The notes beneath the pieces are model-generated. The model saw only the letters and a program-made list of their open reading frames with translations. It did not search any database and was not told where the DNA came from. DNA of 64,000 nt, from the NCBI GenBank assembly GCA_021537435.1, contig GCA_021537435.1_3050.1; one strand, 5' to 3'. The position numbers and the translations under genes were made by a program. The stretch comes from a phage. Shown in pieces: positions 1 to 13,080 of this stretch. Numbering within the stretch: the stretch's first letter is position 1; each line of letters starts with the position of its first letter.

Positions 1-457
<457 letters not shown>

Positions 458-467
<10 letters not shown>

Positions 468-757
468 TTATCCTCTTTTAACTCTTGGCGATAATAACAT
501 ATCATAGTTTTCTGATCATGTACATATCGTTTTACATCATTAAGCCAAATACGAAATTCCTGGGAATCTTCGAATGGCATACCGACCCAAGCTTTACCAT
601 CAATAACTTTAACTTGCCAGGATAGTTTAGCTTCATCATATGACTTTATTTGTACTGGCCAATTAGGATGAACTGTTTCTTTCTTTACTTCTAGAGGCTT
701 TGTCGAACAACCAACTAGAAGACCAATAGATAATATTACTGCTGATAGTTTAATCAT
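458..757 (-). CDS. outer-membrane spanin candidate (lipoprotein)
   Basis: 99-aa ORF with signal peptide and lipobox LLVGC; overlaps upstream spanin-like ORF. Confidence 0.55.
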
Positions 758-1107
758 TTAGAAAGGTCCTGGATGTCTTCTGCGAACTTGTTGAAGGAGT
801 TGTTGATTTGTTTTTCAACCAATCCTGGCTTATGAGCCACCACATCCGCCTTCTTTGCGTCTTTGCGCAGTTTTTCATTTTCACGCTCAATAGCAGCAAT
901 TGCCTCACGATTTTTATTATTCATCGCATCAATATAATTATACTGAATTCGCAAATTATTTAATGCTAAAGCGTTTTCATTGGCCGTTTTTGTAATTTCT
1001 ACAACAGACGTTTCTAATCTTTCAATTTTATTTTTTAAAATTAAAGAAGTTCCGCCCAATGCAATTACAATTAATAGCAAGCCTGCTGTCGTATTACTTA
1101 ATTGCAT
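754..1107 (-). CDS. inner-membrane spanin candidate
   Basis: 117-aa ORF, N-terminal hydrophobic helix then charged coiled-coil-like region; immediately upstream of lipoprotein ORF. Confidence 0.5.
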   Translation of the reverse strand: MQLSNTTAGLLLIVIALGGTSLILKNKIERLETSVVEITKTANENALALNNLRIQYNYIDAMNNKNREAIAAIERENEKLRKDAKKADVVAHKPGLVEKQINNSFNKFAEDIQDLSK

Positions 1108-1601
1108 AAAGTTTTAATAACCTCTATAATATCGTCTTGAGAAAGACCGTTAATTAAAATATGATGTTCAGCAGGAGATTTAGAAATTTTAAAACATGCC
1201 TCAACATCTTCTGCCATATCCGATGCGCTACGATTTGGATTACTAATTCCAAGACGATGTTTTCCCGTTAAAGGATTAACGATGATATAGCATTTACAGT
1301 TGTTAATATGAACATTAGGTTGAGTCTGATTAATGAACACATCGCAATCATATTTCGCAAGCTGATTTTCTAAAAAGACTTTCATCTCCTCAACTGCATC
1401 AGGAAGCATATCACGGGCTTGCTCAAGACGACGATTTCGATATTCTTTAATGGTCGTTTTCCGCTTGACTTGTTTAGCTAAATCTTTCTTAAGATCGGTG
1501 ATATATCCAACTCGACGATTTCCTTTAAATACAGAAATCCCATCTGTAGTATCACCATATGCTTCAACGACCATCTCAGTAGTAATAAGCTGCAAATCCA
1601 T
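1098..1601 (-). CDS. alc: Alc, host transcription unfolding/termination protein
   Basis: 167-aa product MDLQLITTEMVVEAYGD... matches remembered T4 Alc; track ORF begins one Met earlier. Confidence 0.8.
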   Translation of the reverse strand: MDLQLITTEMVVEAYGDTTDGISVFKGNRRVGYITDLKKDLAKQVKRKTTIKEYRNRRLEQARDMLPDAVEEMKVFLENQLAKYDCDVFINQTQPNVHINNCKCYIIVNPLTGKHRLGISNPNRSASDMAEDVEACFKISKSPAEHHILINGLSQDDIIEVIKTLCN

Positions 1602-1665
1602 CATAAAGTCCTCATGTTATGTCAGTAAGACTACTGTAACACAACACGAGGGACTTGTAAACAGC

Positions 1666-3253
<1,588 letters not shown>

Positions 3254-3280
3254 AATAAAATGGGCCTTGTGGCCCACTCC

Positions 3281-3783
3281 TTAAAAATATTTTTTAAAAC
3301 TCATCATAACTTTATCATCAACATCATTATCAATCTGTGCTACAAGGTAAGATGACAGTTCTACTTCTTGTGGCGCGGATTGAACATTATCAGAATTAAG
3401 ATATTCACGAATCCAAGGATACGGATGTTTAACCGGAGCATCAGTAATTGGGCATGGAAGACCGCACTGTTTCATACGAGATACAGTTAAGTAATCAATA
3501 AAGCTCCACATGCTATTTGTATTTAATCCAGGAACATCGCCATCTTTAAATAAATGAACTGCCCAGTCTTTTTCTTGACGGTTAACTTCCATGAAAATAT
3601 CAACTGCTTCTTGTTCACACTCTTGAGCAATTTTAACCCATTCATCGCCATCAGTACCAGATTGAAGTTGACGAATAATATATTGGGTGCCTTTAAGGTG
3701 AAGCTGTTCATCGCGTGCAATGAACTTCATAATCTTGGCATTACCTTCCATGATTTCCATGTTTTTATGGAAGTTGAAAGTAC
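3281..3783 (-). CDS. nrdB: ribonucleotide reductase small subunit, exon 2
   Basis: in-frame ...TFNFHKNMEIMEGNAKIMKFIARDEQLHL... to stop; R2 C-terminal half; exon sizes sum to 388 codons. Confidence 0.85.
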
Positions 3784-4873
3784 CGTTATGTTCGATTGAG
3801 CTCGCTAATTCTCAATCCGTTCTCTTATGAACTGCTACATATTACTATGCAGACCAGACTATATCACAATCCCAGAGGGATTCTCCCCATTTCGAGTCGC
3901 TTGACCCTACGTCCGAAGACTAGTCGTTGAACCTTGCTTTGCAATTGTCGCCGTGCCATCGTTTATATGTTGATGGTGATAAATCTTTCTTATCACAATA
4001 TGGACAATTCAATTGAATTCTATTTGGATTTAATTTACATCTGTCATTATGTTTTAGATAAAATCCAGGACCTTTACCAATGTGACCACAGAAATCACAT
4101 GTGATTTCTTTTTGTGCAGGATGGGTCCCGTTCTTAACCATTTCTAATGTTTTTGCTGATGTTCTTTTCTTATGGTCTTCTGATAAGAAATGATGTGAAC
4201 CGTCATTTACCCGTTTTGATTGAGTTTCTGACTGCATTTTACCACCGCAAAATACATGAGTACCTTCTTTTATAGCTGCAATATTACGTTCTTTAACTTT
4301 TGCAATATGCTCAGCTTGTTGAAAATTATGTATACCTAATGCAACTCTATTTAAATTAGATTTACGCTGTATTTCACCATCTAAAAGATGAAATGTACCA
4401 TTTTCTATCTTAGATTTAATAGAGGCAATATTTTTAGCTCGTACTTCAGGGATATTAAAAATCTGGATTTCTCTAGATTTTGCGGCTTTAGAAGCTAATT
4501 CAGAAATTTCTTCAGGAGAATATTTCATTCTAAGCTTTATAGCATGACAAGCCTGGTAATCTTTTTGAGCTAAATGTATATCATAATGTTCCTGTATAGA
4601 AAGGCACATCAAATTATCTAAATCATTATTTTCACGGTTACCGTCTTTATGATGGATTTCGTATGTTCTTCCATCAGAATCTTTAGGTATAGGTCCGTTA
4701 GCATCTATCCAAATTTTTCTATAGTTCAATTGTGCATCCTCTTAAAAGTATAATCATATTTATATTATACTAATTAAAGGTGCAAGCAAAACCTTGGCTG
4801 CTAGTTTTCCATAAAGGACTTTCCAGCAATTAAAGGAGTTTTCGATAAACGTTACCGTTTAAAGGCGCATTTT
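3784..4873 (-). ncRNA. group I self-splicing intron in nrdB (about 1090 nt) carrying I-TevIII ORF
   Basis: NrdB reading frame interrupted after ...RFYVSFA plus split Cys codon; exon 1 ends in T and intron ends in G; HNH ORF inside. Confidence 0.7.
3920..4729 (-). CDS. intron-encoded HNH homing endonuclease I-TevIII, full length (269 aa)
   Basis: N-terminal HNH motif EIHHKDGNRENNDLDNLMCLSIQEH; C-terminal Cys-rich zinc finger; inside nrdB intron. Confidence 0.8.
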   Translation of the reverse strand: MNYRKIWIDANGPIPKDSDGRTYEIHHKDGNRENNDLDNLMCLSIQEHYDIHLAQKDYQACHAIKLRMKYSPEEISELASKAAKSREIQIFNIPEVRAKNIASIKSKIENGTFHLLDGEIQRKSNLNRVALGIHNFQQAEHIAKVKERNIAAIKEGTHVFCGGKMQSETQSKRVNDGSHHFLSEDHKKRTSAKTLEMVKNGTHPAQKEITCDFCGHIGKGPGFYLKHNDRCKLNPNRIQLNCPYCDKKDLSPSTYKRWHGDNCKARFND

Positions 4874-5537
4874 ACGCAAAAGATACATAAAAACGAATAG
4901 CTTCCAATGCGTTGATTACATGGAGGCAAAGGTAAAGAGATTTCATCAGATCTCGTTTAGCTCTTTGCTCAACGTCTTTATCAGCTAGAATTAGACCTTG
5001 GTCTTTATAATATTCAACCATGTCTTTAGCATTTTCCCATTCACGGGTTTTAACCAAGACATCATCATAATAGCGACCGATAGATTCAGCACGTTTCATG
5101 ATAGCTTCATCTAATACAATCTCATCAAATACCTTTGATGGATCAGTATAAAGATTTCGCATGATATGAGTATATGAACGACTGTGAATAGTTTCACTAA
5201 AAGTCCATGTAGCAACCCATGTATCAAGGCTTGGGTCTGAAATTAATGACATAAGTACAGCAGATGGCGCACGACCCTGAATGCTATCCAAAAGTGATTG
5301 ATACTTCAGGTTATTAGTAAAAATATTCTGCTGATACTGAGGAAGTTTATTAAATTGTGCAGCATCCATCATCAAGTTTACTTCTTCAGGACGCCAGAAA
5401 AATGATAATTGCTTTTCAGTCAAATCTTCAAAAACTTTATGGCGTTGAATATCATAACGCGCAATACCAAGACCTGAACCGAAGAACATAGGTTCTTTTA
5501 AAACATCAACTGGATTTGTATTAAAAACTGTAGACAT
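4874..5537 (-). CDS. nrdB: ribonucleotide reductase small subunit, exon 1
   Basis: MSTVFNTNPVDVLKEPMFFGSGL...LHVINALEAIRFYVSFA; R2 iron-centre region. Confidence 0.85.
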
Positions 5538-5571
5538 ATTATTCTCGCTTATTATAGGTTTAAATATTTAA

Positions 5572-6363
5572 TCACATATTATGTATAAGCACTTCGGTCT
5601 GAAATGATGCACCCTTCTTTTGCTTCCTATACATGGTTTCAAAATATTCAATTTTGAAATTATTAGAAAGGGCCCAATCTTTTAAAATATAATTATTAAT
5701 ATCGTCTGATAGATTATTAGTGATAATAAATTTAGACTTCGATTGTTTAATTTTGTCTAATAATTCTAATTCATCCTTTTCTTCCCAGCCTGAATATTTA
5801 AATTTAGTAGAAAGATACGGCGGGTCAATGAATAAATTTTTGTTTTCAAAATCCAAATCTCTGAATGATTTATTACTAAATGTAAATCGGTGCTGTCTAT
5901 TTTTAAATTCAGAAAATTTATCCTGCTGAGACTTATTAAAAGAAGTTCTGGAATACTTGGCTCTATTGGCGAAAGCCGCGTTATAATTCCCATTACTAGA
6001 AAATCGGATTAACGAACTGAATGAAAATAAATGTAGAACATAAAGATATAATCCGTTTTTGGTTTTATCGTATTCTTTTGACAGATTATAAAAAGGTGCT
6101 GAATCTTTGTCATTCAAATTAAAATCTTCAATAATTTTAACTATATCATTAATTGAAGATGATTTCATCTTTTTATACATGTCTATAAGAGGAGTATTAA
6201 TATCATTACATATAACATCTCTCTGACAATTCATAGAAAATCCAAGACCACCACAAAAAGCATCCAAAACAGGCTTATCGTCAAAGCGGTTTGAAAATTG
6301 TCTAATAAATGGCATATACTTATGTTTTGCACCTGGATATGTTATGGCAGGTAGGTCTTTCAT
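5572..6363 (-). CDS. Dam-family DNA N6-adenine methyltransferase (263 aa)
   Basis: SAM-binding motif DAFCGGLG near N-terminus and catalytic DPPY motif; region visibly AT-richer than flanking nrd genes. Confidence 0.75.
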   Translation of the reverse strand: MKDLPAITYPGAKHKYMPFIRQFSNRFDDKPVLDAFCGGLGFSMNCQRDVICNDINTPLIDMYKKMKSSSINDIVKIIEDFNLNDKDSAPFYNLSKEYDKTKNGLYLYVLHLFSFSSLIRFSSNGNYNAAFANRAKYSRTSFNKSQQDKFSEFKNRQHRFTFSNKSFRDLDFENKNLFIDPPYLSTKFKYSGWEEKDELELLDKIKQSKSKFIITNNLSDDINNYILKDWALSNNFKIEYFETMYRKQKKGASFQTEVLIHNM

Positions 6364-6406
6364 ATTATTTCTCGTTGTTGGTGACTCGTCCGTGAGTCAA
6401 ATTATA

Positions 6407-8671
6407 TCATAATTTACAGGATGAACAATCTTCAGCTTTTGGAGTTTCTATTTCATAATCATCAGTACCAGAACCATCACGGGTATTATGATAATAGAAA
6501 TTTTTTCCGCCAAAATACCAAAAGTACAAAAGGTCATCAATCATTACAGACATTGGAACCTTTCCTTTTGGAAAAATCTGCGGGTCATAATATGTATTTG
6601 CTGAAGCTGATTGACATACCCATTTAAGCATAATAGCTACCTGCGTAAGATAAGGTTTATTACCTTTCTTAGCTAATTTCCATGTATAATCATATAGGTC
6701 TATGTTATGTTCAATATTGGGCACGACTTGATTAAAGGAACCCTCTTTTGATTCTTTAACCGAGACTGGTCCACGTGGAGGCTCGATACCGTTTGTACTG
6801 TTAGAAACTTGGGAAGATGACTCACATGGCATAAGTGCTGATAATGTGCTATTACGGATGCCAAAGAGCTTAAGGTCTTCCCGCAGCGACGACCAGTCAC
6901 AAACGTATTTTGGAGCTGCGATTTGGTCAATCTTTTTATTGTACCAGTCGATAGGTAGTTCGCCTCGAGACCAACGAGTGTCTGAATAATATTCGCAAGG
7001 TCCTTTTTCTTTGGCGAGCTTAATGGATGCTTTAATGAGTCCATACTGTAATCTCTCAAATAGTTCATGTGTTAAATCGTTAGCATCTTCATAAGAAGCA
7101 AAGTTACTTGCCAGCCAAGCTGCATAGTTAGTAACACCTACACCAAGGTTACGACGCTTTTTAGCTTTTTCTGCTTCAGGAACTGGATATCCTTGGTAAT
7201 CCAAAAGATTATCAAGAGCACGAACTTGAACTTCTGCCAATTCATTAATTTTATCTTGGTCTTGCCAATCGAAGTTATCCAACACAAATGCAGATAACGT
7301 ACACAATCCAATTTCAGCATCAGGGCTATTCACATCATTTGTTGGAATAGCAATTTCACAGCATAAGTTACTCTGACGAATAGGTGCCTTTTCACGAATA
7401 AACGGAGTATAGTTATTCGTATTATCAATGAACTGTACATAAATCCTTGCTGTTCCTGAACGTTCAGTCATGAGCAATTCAAATAGTTCACGGGCTTTAA
7501 TACGCTTTTTACGAATATTAGGGTCTTTTTCTGCCGCTTCGTATAATTCACGGAAACGGTCTTGGTCTTTAAAATAAGAATAATAAAGCTCTCCACCCAT
7601 TTCATGGGGACTGAACAAAGTAATGTAATCGTTCTTTCCAAAACGTTCCATCATCAAATCATTCAGTTGAACACCATAATCCATATGACGAATGCGGTTT
7701 TCTTCTACGCCTTTGTTATTTTTCAAAACGAGAAGATTTTCAACTTCCAAATGCCAAATAGGATAATAAGCAGTAGCAGCGCCGCCACGAATTCCACCCT
7801 GTGAACATGATTTAACTGCAGTCTGAAAATGTTTCCAAAAAGGAATAACACCGGTATGGCGTACTTCACCCATGCCAATCTTAGAACCTTCGGCACGAAT
7901 CATACCAACGTTAATACCAATTCCAGCACGTTTGGAGATATATTCAACAATTGAAGCGGAAGCCTTATTGATAGACTTCAATGAATCTCCTGCCTCAATA
8001 ACAACACATGAACTAAACTGTCGAGTCGGAGTACGGCAACCAGCCATAATAGGAGTTGGCAATGAAATCTGTCGAGTAGATACTGCTTCATAAAAACGGA
8101 TAACATGTTTTAATCTATCAACAGGTTCGTCTTGATGCAATGCCATTCCAATAGCCATAAATGCAAACTGTGGAGTTTCATAAATTTGACCAGTGGTTTT
8201 ATCTTTAACTAAATATTTTTCTTTTAATTGCATCGCCCCGGAATAAGTAAATTCCATATCCCGCTCGTGCTTAATTTTTGATTCTAAAAATGTAATTTCT
8301 TCTGCTGAATATTTTGACAACAATTCAGGGTCGTATTTACCTTCATTTACACAGTAAGAAATATGGTCAATAAATGAACGTGGTTCATACTGCCTGTAAA
8401 CATGCTTACGAAGAGCGAACATTAAGCAGCGTGCAGCTACATATTGGTAATCAGGCTCTTCAACTGAAATAGAATTCGCAGCAGCCTTAATGACAATAGT
8501 CTGAATATCATCAGTTGTCATTCCATCACGGAGATAAGATTTAATATTTTCATATAATTCATAAGGATCTACTGATGTTCCCTCAGCTGCCCAAGATAAA
8601 ACTTTAATAATTTTTTGTGGGTCAAAGCTCTGAGAAACACCACTACTTTTGATAACATTAATTAATTGCAT
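6407..8671 (-). CDS. nrdA: ribonucleotide reductase large subunit
   Basis: 754-aa ORF; ATP-cone N-terminus and class I RNR catalytic motifs (NLCCEI, CESS); matches T4 NrdA length. Confidence 0.9.
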   Translation of the reverse strand: MQLINVIKSSGVSQSFDPQKIIKVLSWAAEGTSVDPYELYENIKSYLRDGMTTDDIQTIVIKAAANSISVEEPDYQYVAARCLMFALRKHVYRQYEPRSFIDHISYCVNEGKYDPELLSKYSAEEITFLESKIKHERDMEFTYSGAMQLKEKYLVKDKTTGQIYETPQFAFMAIGMALHQDEPVDRLKHVIRFYEAVSTRQISLPTPIMAGCRTPTRQFSSCVVIEAGDSLKSINKASASIVEYISKRAGIGINVGMIRAEGSKIGMGEVRHTGVIPFWKHFQTAVKSCSQGGIRGGAATAYYPIWHLEVENLLVLKNNKGVEENRIRHMDYGVQLNDLMMERFGKNDYITLFSPHEMGGELYYSYFKDQDRFRELYEAAEKDPNIRKKRIKARELFELLMTERSGTARIYVQFIDNTNNYTPFIREKAPIRQSNLCCEIAIPTNDVNSPDAEIGLCTLSAFVLDNFDWQDQDKINELAEVQVRALDNLLDYQGYPVPEAEKAKKRRNLGVGVTNYAAWLASNFASYEDANDLTHELFERLQYGLIKASIKLAKEKGPCEYYSDTRWSRGELPIDWYNKKIDQIAAPKYVCDWSSLREDLKLFGIRNSTLSALMPCESSSQVSNSTNGIEPPRGPVSVKESKEGSFNQVVPNIEHNIDLYDYTWKLAKKGNKPYLTQVAIMLKWVCQSASANTYYDPQIFPKGKVPMSVMIDDLLYFWYFGGKNFYYHNTRDGSGTDDYEIETPKAEDCSSCKL

Positions 8672-8988
8672 AAGTCCTCAACTTGAAAATCGTCTTTAAA
8701 CAATCGGTTAACTATATGAGCTATTATATCACCATGACACGGCTTTGGTTTACATGTGCATCCTAGCCTCATTCCACGTAAAGGCTCTAAATGTGCTTTA
8801 GTTATTTCTCCGGATTTAATTCGACGTATAAAATCTTTTTTGAATAATTCAATGGCAGCCTCCCGGCTGCCAGCATCTTTACCGACGTAATTTCCCCAAA
8901 ATGTACCACGGTGAATATTAACATCAAAGTCGGATTTATATTTATTCACTACTTGGCATAGACGGCCCGCGCGGTGATAATTCGTCAT
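8662..8988 (-). CDS. hypothetical protein (T4 nrdA.1 position)
   Basis: 108-aa ORF overlapping nrdA start. Confidence 0.5.
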   Translation of the reverse strand: MTNYHRAGRLCQVVNKYKSDFDVNIHRGTFWGNYVGKDAGSREAAIELFKKDFIRRIKSGEITKAHLEPLRGMRLGCTCKPKPCHGDIIAHIVNRLFKDDFQVEDLCN

Positions 8989-9205
8989 ATTGTTTTTCCG
9001 TTAAAACAGTAATATCATAATAACAATCTGAAGAAGTTTTAACCGTAGAAATTTTATTATCAAAATACTCACGAGTCATTTTATGAGTATAATATTTTTT
9101 GCCATAAATGATAATAGGCTGATTTGGTCCTGGAACTTCTAACTCGCTTGGGTTAGGAAGTGTAAAAAGAACTACACCAGAAGTATCTTTAAATCGTAAA
9201 ATCAT
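8942..9205 (-). CDS. hypothetical protein (T4 nrdA.2 position)
   Basis: 87-aa ORF between td and nrdA. Confidence 0.45.
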   Translation of the reverse strand: MILRFKDTSGVVLFTLPNPSELEVPGPNQPIIIYGKKYYTHKMTREYFDNKISTVKTSSDCYYDITVLTEKQYDELSPRGPSMPSSE

Positions 9206-9228
9206 ATATCCTCACAATTAATAATTAA

Positions 9229-9540
9229 TTACACCGCCATTTTTCCTTTCAAGACGCCGTGGGACTGATAATCTTTGAGAACGAAATCTTTAGGCCTGAG
9301 TTTAAGAATGTATTCCAATTGTTCTTTAGTAGAAAGATAGCGGAATTTATAAGGCAATCCGCCTATTACCAGTTCACAAAGCTCTTTAGGTTCACGACGC
9401 AAAATTTCTTTACATTGTTCTACGTGATTCATATAGATATGAGTATTACCACCGGAAAATATCAAATCTCCCGGAATAAGATTACACATCTTAGCTACAA
9501 TATGAACTAACGTAGCATATGATGCAATATTAAATGGAAG
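9229..9540 (-). CDS. td: thymidylate synthase, exon 2
   Basis: LPFNIASYATLVHIVAKMCNLIPGDLIFSGGNTHIYMNHV... to stop; joins exon 1 to give 286 aa. Confidence 0.9.
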   Translation of the reverse strand, partial: LPFNIASYATLVHIVAKMCNLIPGDLIFSGGNTHIYMNHVEQCKEILRREPKELCELVIGGLPYKFRYLSTKEQLEYILKLRPKDFVLKDYQSHGVLKGKMAV

Positions 9541-10556
9541 CATTATGTTCAGATAAGGTCGTTAATCTTACCCCGGAATTATATCCAGCTGCATGTCACC
9601 ATGCAGATCAGACTATATCTCCAACTTGTTAAAGCAAGTTGTCTATCGTTTCGAGTCACTTGACCCTACTCCCCAAAGGGATAGTCGTTAGGCATTTATG
9701 TAGAACCAATTCCATTTATCAGATTTTACACGATAAGTAACTAATCCAGACGAAATTTTAAAATGTCTAGCTGCATCTGCTGCACAATCAAAAATAACCC
9801 CATCACATGAAATCTTTTTAATATTACTAGGCTTTTTACCTTTCATCTTTTCTGATATTTTAGATTTAGTTATGTCTGAATGCTTATGATTAAAGAATGA
9901 ATTATTTTCACCTGAACGATTTCTGCATTTACTACAAGTATAAGCAGAAGTTTGTATGCGAACACCGCACTTACAAAACTTATGGGTTTCTGGATTCCAA
10001 CGCCCGTTTTTACTTCCGGGTTTACTGTAAAGAGCTTTCCGACCATCAGGTCCAAGTTTAAGCATCTTAGCTTTAACAGTTTTAGAACGTTTCTTAATAA
10101 TTTCTTCTTTTAATGGATGCGTAGAACATGTATCACCAAACGTTGCATCAGCAATATTGTATCCATTAATTTTAGAATTAAGCTCTTTAATCCAAAAATT
10201 TTCTCGTTCAATAATCAAATCTTTCTCATATGGAATTTCTTCCAAAATAGAACATTCAAACACATTACCATGTTTGTTAAAAGACCTCTGAAGCTTTATA
10301 GAAGAATGGCATCCTTTTTCTAAATCTTTAAAATGCCTCTTCCATCTCTTTTCAAAATCTTTAGCACTTCCTACATATACTTTATTGTTTAAAGTATTTT
10401 TAATCTGATAAATTCCGCTTTTCATAAATACCTCTTTAAATATAGAAGTATTTATTAAAGGGCAGTCCTACAATTTAGCACGGGATTGTCTACTAGAGAG
10501 GTTCCCCGTTTAGATAGATTACAAGTATAAGTCACCTTATACTCAGGCCTCAATTA
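9541..10556 (-). ncRNA. td group I intron (1016 nt) carrying I-TevI ORF
   Basis: exon 1 reads ...QRSVDVFLG then in-frame TAA; intron 5' end TAATTGAGGCCTGAGTATAAGGTGACTTATAC... as in T4 td intron; ends ...ATAATG before exon 2. Confidence 0.85.
9688..10425 (-). CDS. intron-encoded GIY-YIG homing endonuclease I-TevI (245 aa)
   Basis: MKSGIYQIKNTLNNKVYVGSAKDFEKRWKRH... GIY-YIG motif; zinc finger and C-terminal DNA-binding region. Confidence 0.9.
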   Translation of the reverse strand: MKSGIYQIKNTLNNKVYVGSAKDFEKRWKRHFKDLEKGCHSSIKLQRSFNKHGNVFECSILEEIPYEKDLIIERENFWIKELNSKINGYNIADATFGDTCSTHPLKEEIIKKRSKTVKAKMLKLGPDGRKALYSKPGSKNGRWNPETHKFCKCGVRIQTSAYTCSKCRNRSGENNSFFNHKHSDITKSKISEKMKGKKPSNIKKISCDGVIFDCAADAARHFKISSGLVTYRVKSDKWNWFYINA

Positions 10557-11105
10557 ACCCAAGAAAACATCTACTGATCGTTGATACCACTGCAAATCCA
10601 AATAGCCATTACGCACATTAAACTGATAGAACATATGACAAGGCGGTAATGCCATATATTTAAGTTCAGCTGGATTCCACGCAGAAACAATTTGTCGCCT
10701 ATCATTCGGCAGTTTTTTAATACGATCAATAACTTCTATAATTTGGTCTACACCACCAAAATCACGCCATTGTTTTCCATAAATTGGACCAAGTTCACCG
10801 CTATGGTATCCTAAATCTTTTGCTTGATTTTCGTAATTTTCATCCCAGACTGTTTTGCCTTGAATTAATGAATCATGCTGAATTAATCGTAAATCATTGA
10901 CATTCGTGCTTCCTGATAAAAACCATATTAACTCAGCAATGCAAGCTTTCCAAGCGAGCTTTTTAGTTGTTACTGCAGGAAAACCTTTGGTTAAATCCCA
11001 ACGCAATTTAGTACCGAACAAAGCAATTGTTCCTGTGCCCGTTCGGTCATCGGTTTCATAGCCGTTTTCAAGAATGTCTTTAATTAAATCTTGGTATTGT
11101 TTCAT
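10557..11105 (-). CDS. td: thymidylate synthase, exon 1
   Basis: MKQYQDLIKDILENGYETDDRTGTGT...PPCHMFYQF... TS active-site Cys region. Confidence 0.9.
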
Positions 11106-11108
11106 TTA
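11100..11108 (-). repeat. 9-bp direct repeat TAAATGAAA (minus-strand sense), td-proximal copy
   Basis: contains the td ATG; identical copy at 11517-11525. Confidence 0.6.
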
Positions 11109-11150
11109 GTACCTTATATAAATTATAATACATTTTATGAAGCTAAATAA

Positions 11151-11498
11151 TCAATACGGTTTAGCATCAAATTTTCTCTCAATTTCAGGCGTGAAATATA
11201 ATTCTTTACCGCGTTTGGAAAAGCGACCAATAATATGATAATTATTCTCATCAAACGTGATATTGCCGATATCCATAGCTTTCAACCAAATATCGATATT
11301 TCTATCCAACTTTATGTCAAAATTCCAATACGGAGAACTATTACCGAAAATACTGCAAGCGGATTCAGTAAAACAACTACTATAAATCTTGTCTTTAGGA
11401 ACTACTAATTGATAGACGCCTTTAATAAACTGAGGACCCTGCCATTTTGGTTGTTTCGCGTCTTTTTCTAATAGAATAGGGTAATAATTAAAATTCAT
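11151..11498 (-). CDS. hypothetical protein encoded by an insertion at the frd/td junction (about 115 aa; alternative GTG start at 11510)
   Basis: ORF MNFNYYPILLEKDAKQPKWQGPQF... fills a 410-bp spacer where T4 frd and td overlap; no motif recognised. Confidence 0.5.
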   Translation of the reverse strand: MNFNYYPILLEKDAKQPKWQGPQFIKGVYQLVVPKDKIYSSCFTESACSIFGNSSPYWNFDIKLDRNIDIWLKAMDIGNITFDENNYHIIGRFSKRGKELYFTPEIERKFDAKPY

Positions 11499-11516
11499 AT
11501 TTTCCGCCACGTGTTA

Positions 11517-12345
<829 letters not shown>

Positions 12346-12356
12346 TTTATCTCCTA

Positions 12357-12689
12357 TTAAAAAGGATCAGGAACATATCCACTAGCTTTAATCATTTTAA
12401 TTAATGTTACCATTCCTTTGTTAACTGCTTGTGAGATTTCATCAAAAACTTCATCATTAAAAAGTTCTAGCACACCCTTCTGAACTTTTAATTTACAGCC
12501 AACAATTTCGTCATCGCCTATAGTAAATTCATTACCGCCAATTCCACCGAAAAACTTAATTACCCCAGTTAACTGTCTTCCACGAGAATATGGGTCGTGC
12601 GATAAAGTAATATGAGTCACCCCAGGTACAGTTTTAAATTGGCAGCGGATGTTTACTTGAGCAATTCCAGTTACATGAATGTCAGACAT
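12357..12689 (-). CDS. hypothetical protein
   Basis: 110-aa ORF in early-gene array. Confidence 0.45.
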   Translation of the reverse strand: MSDIHVTGIAQVNIRCQFKTVPGVTHITLSHDPYSRGRQLTGVIKFFGGIGGNEFTIGDDEIVGCKLKVQKGVLELFNDEVFDEISQAVNKGMVTLIKMIKASGYVPDPF

Positions 12690-12699
12690 AATATTTTCC

Positions 12700-12942
12700 T
12701 CAAACAGTCTTTTTCACAATTTTCCAATCATCTTTAAACTGTTCAACATCAGAATGGTAAATCCAGAATCCTGCGCTTTCTCCATCCTCGTAAAGAGGGC
12801 ATCCATCACATTCATCTTCCCATCCCATGTCACGCAAAAGATGTTCAGCTTTTTTAACAAGTTCAGAATCTTTACCGATGATATTAAAATACCATTTACC
12901 TCTAACTTCTGAATCTTTAATACTCTGGCGTTGTAATCTCAT
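12700..12942 (-). CDS. hypothetical protein
   Basis: 80-aa ORF in early-gene array. Confidence 0.45.
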   Translation of the reverse strand: MRLQRQSIKDSEVRGKWYFNIIGKDSELVKKAEHLLRDMGWEDECDGCPLYEDGESAGFWIYHSDVEQFKDDWKIVKKTV

Positions 12943-13051
12943 TTTATTCTCCTTAGCAAGCTTTAATCAAAAGATATAAACAGACCAACATAACTATTGC
13001 CATAATATAAGGTGCGAACATTTTCTTTTCTCCATTAGTTTTGATAGGGTA

Positions 13052-13080
13052 ATAGTATCACACTACTACCCTTTTGTAAA
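13052..13080 (-). promoter_or_regulatory. early promoter (sigma-70 type)
   Basis: rc TTTACA, 17 nt, TACTAT with A/T-rich upstream tract. Confidence 0.45.

Noticed and set aside
6421-8093. Plus-strand ORFs overlapping nrdA
   Set aside because: Antisense to a highly conserved enzyme gene; no start context
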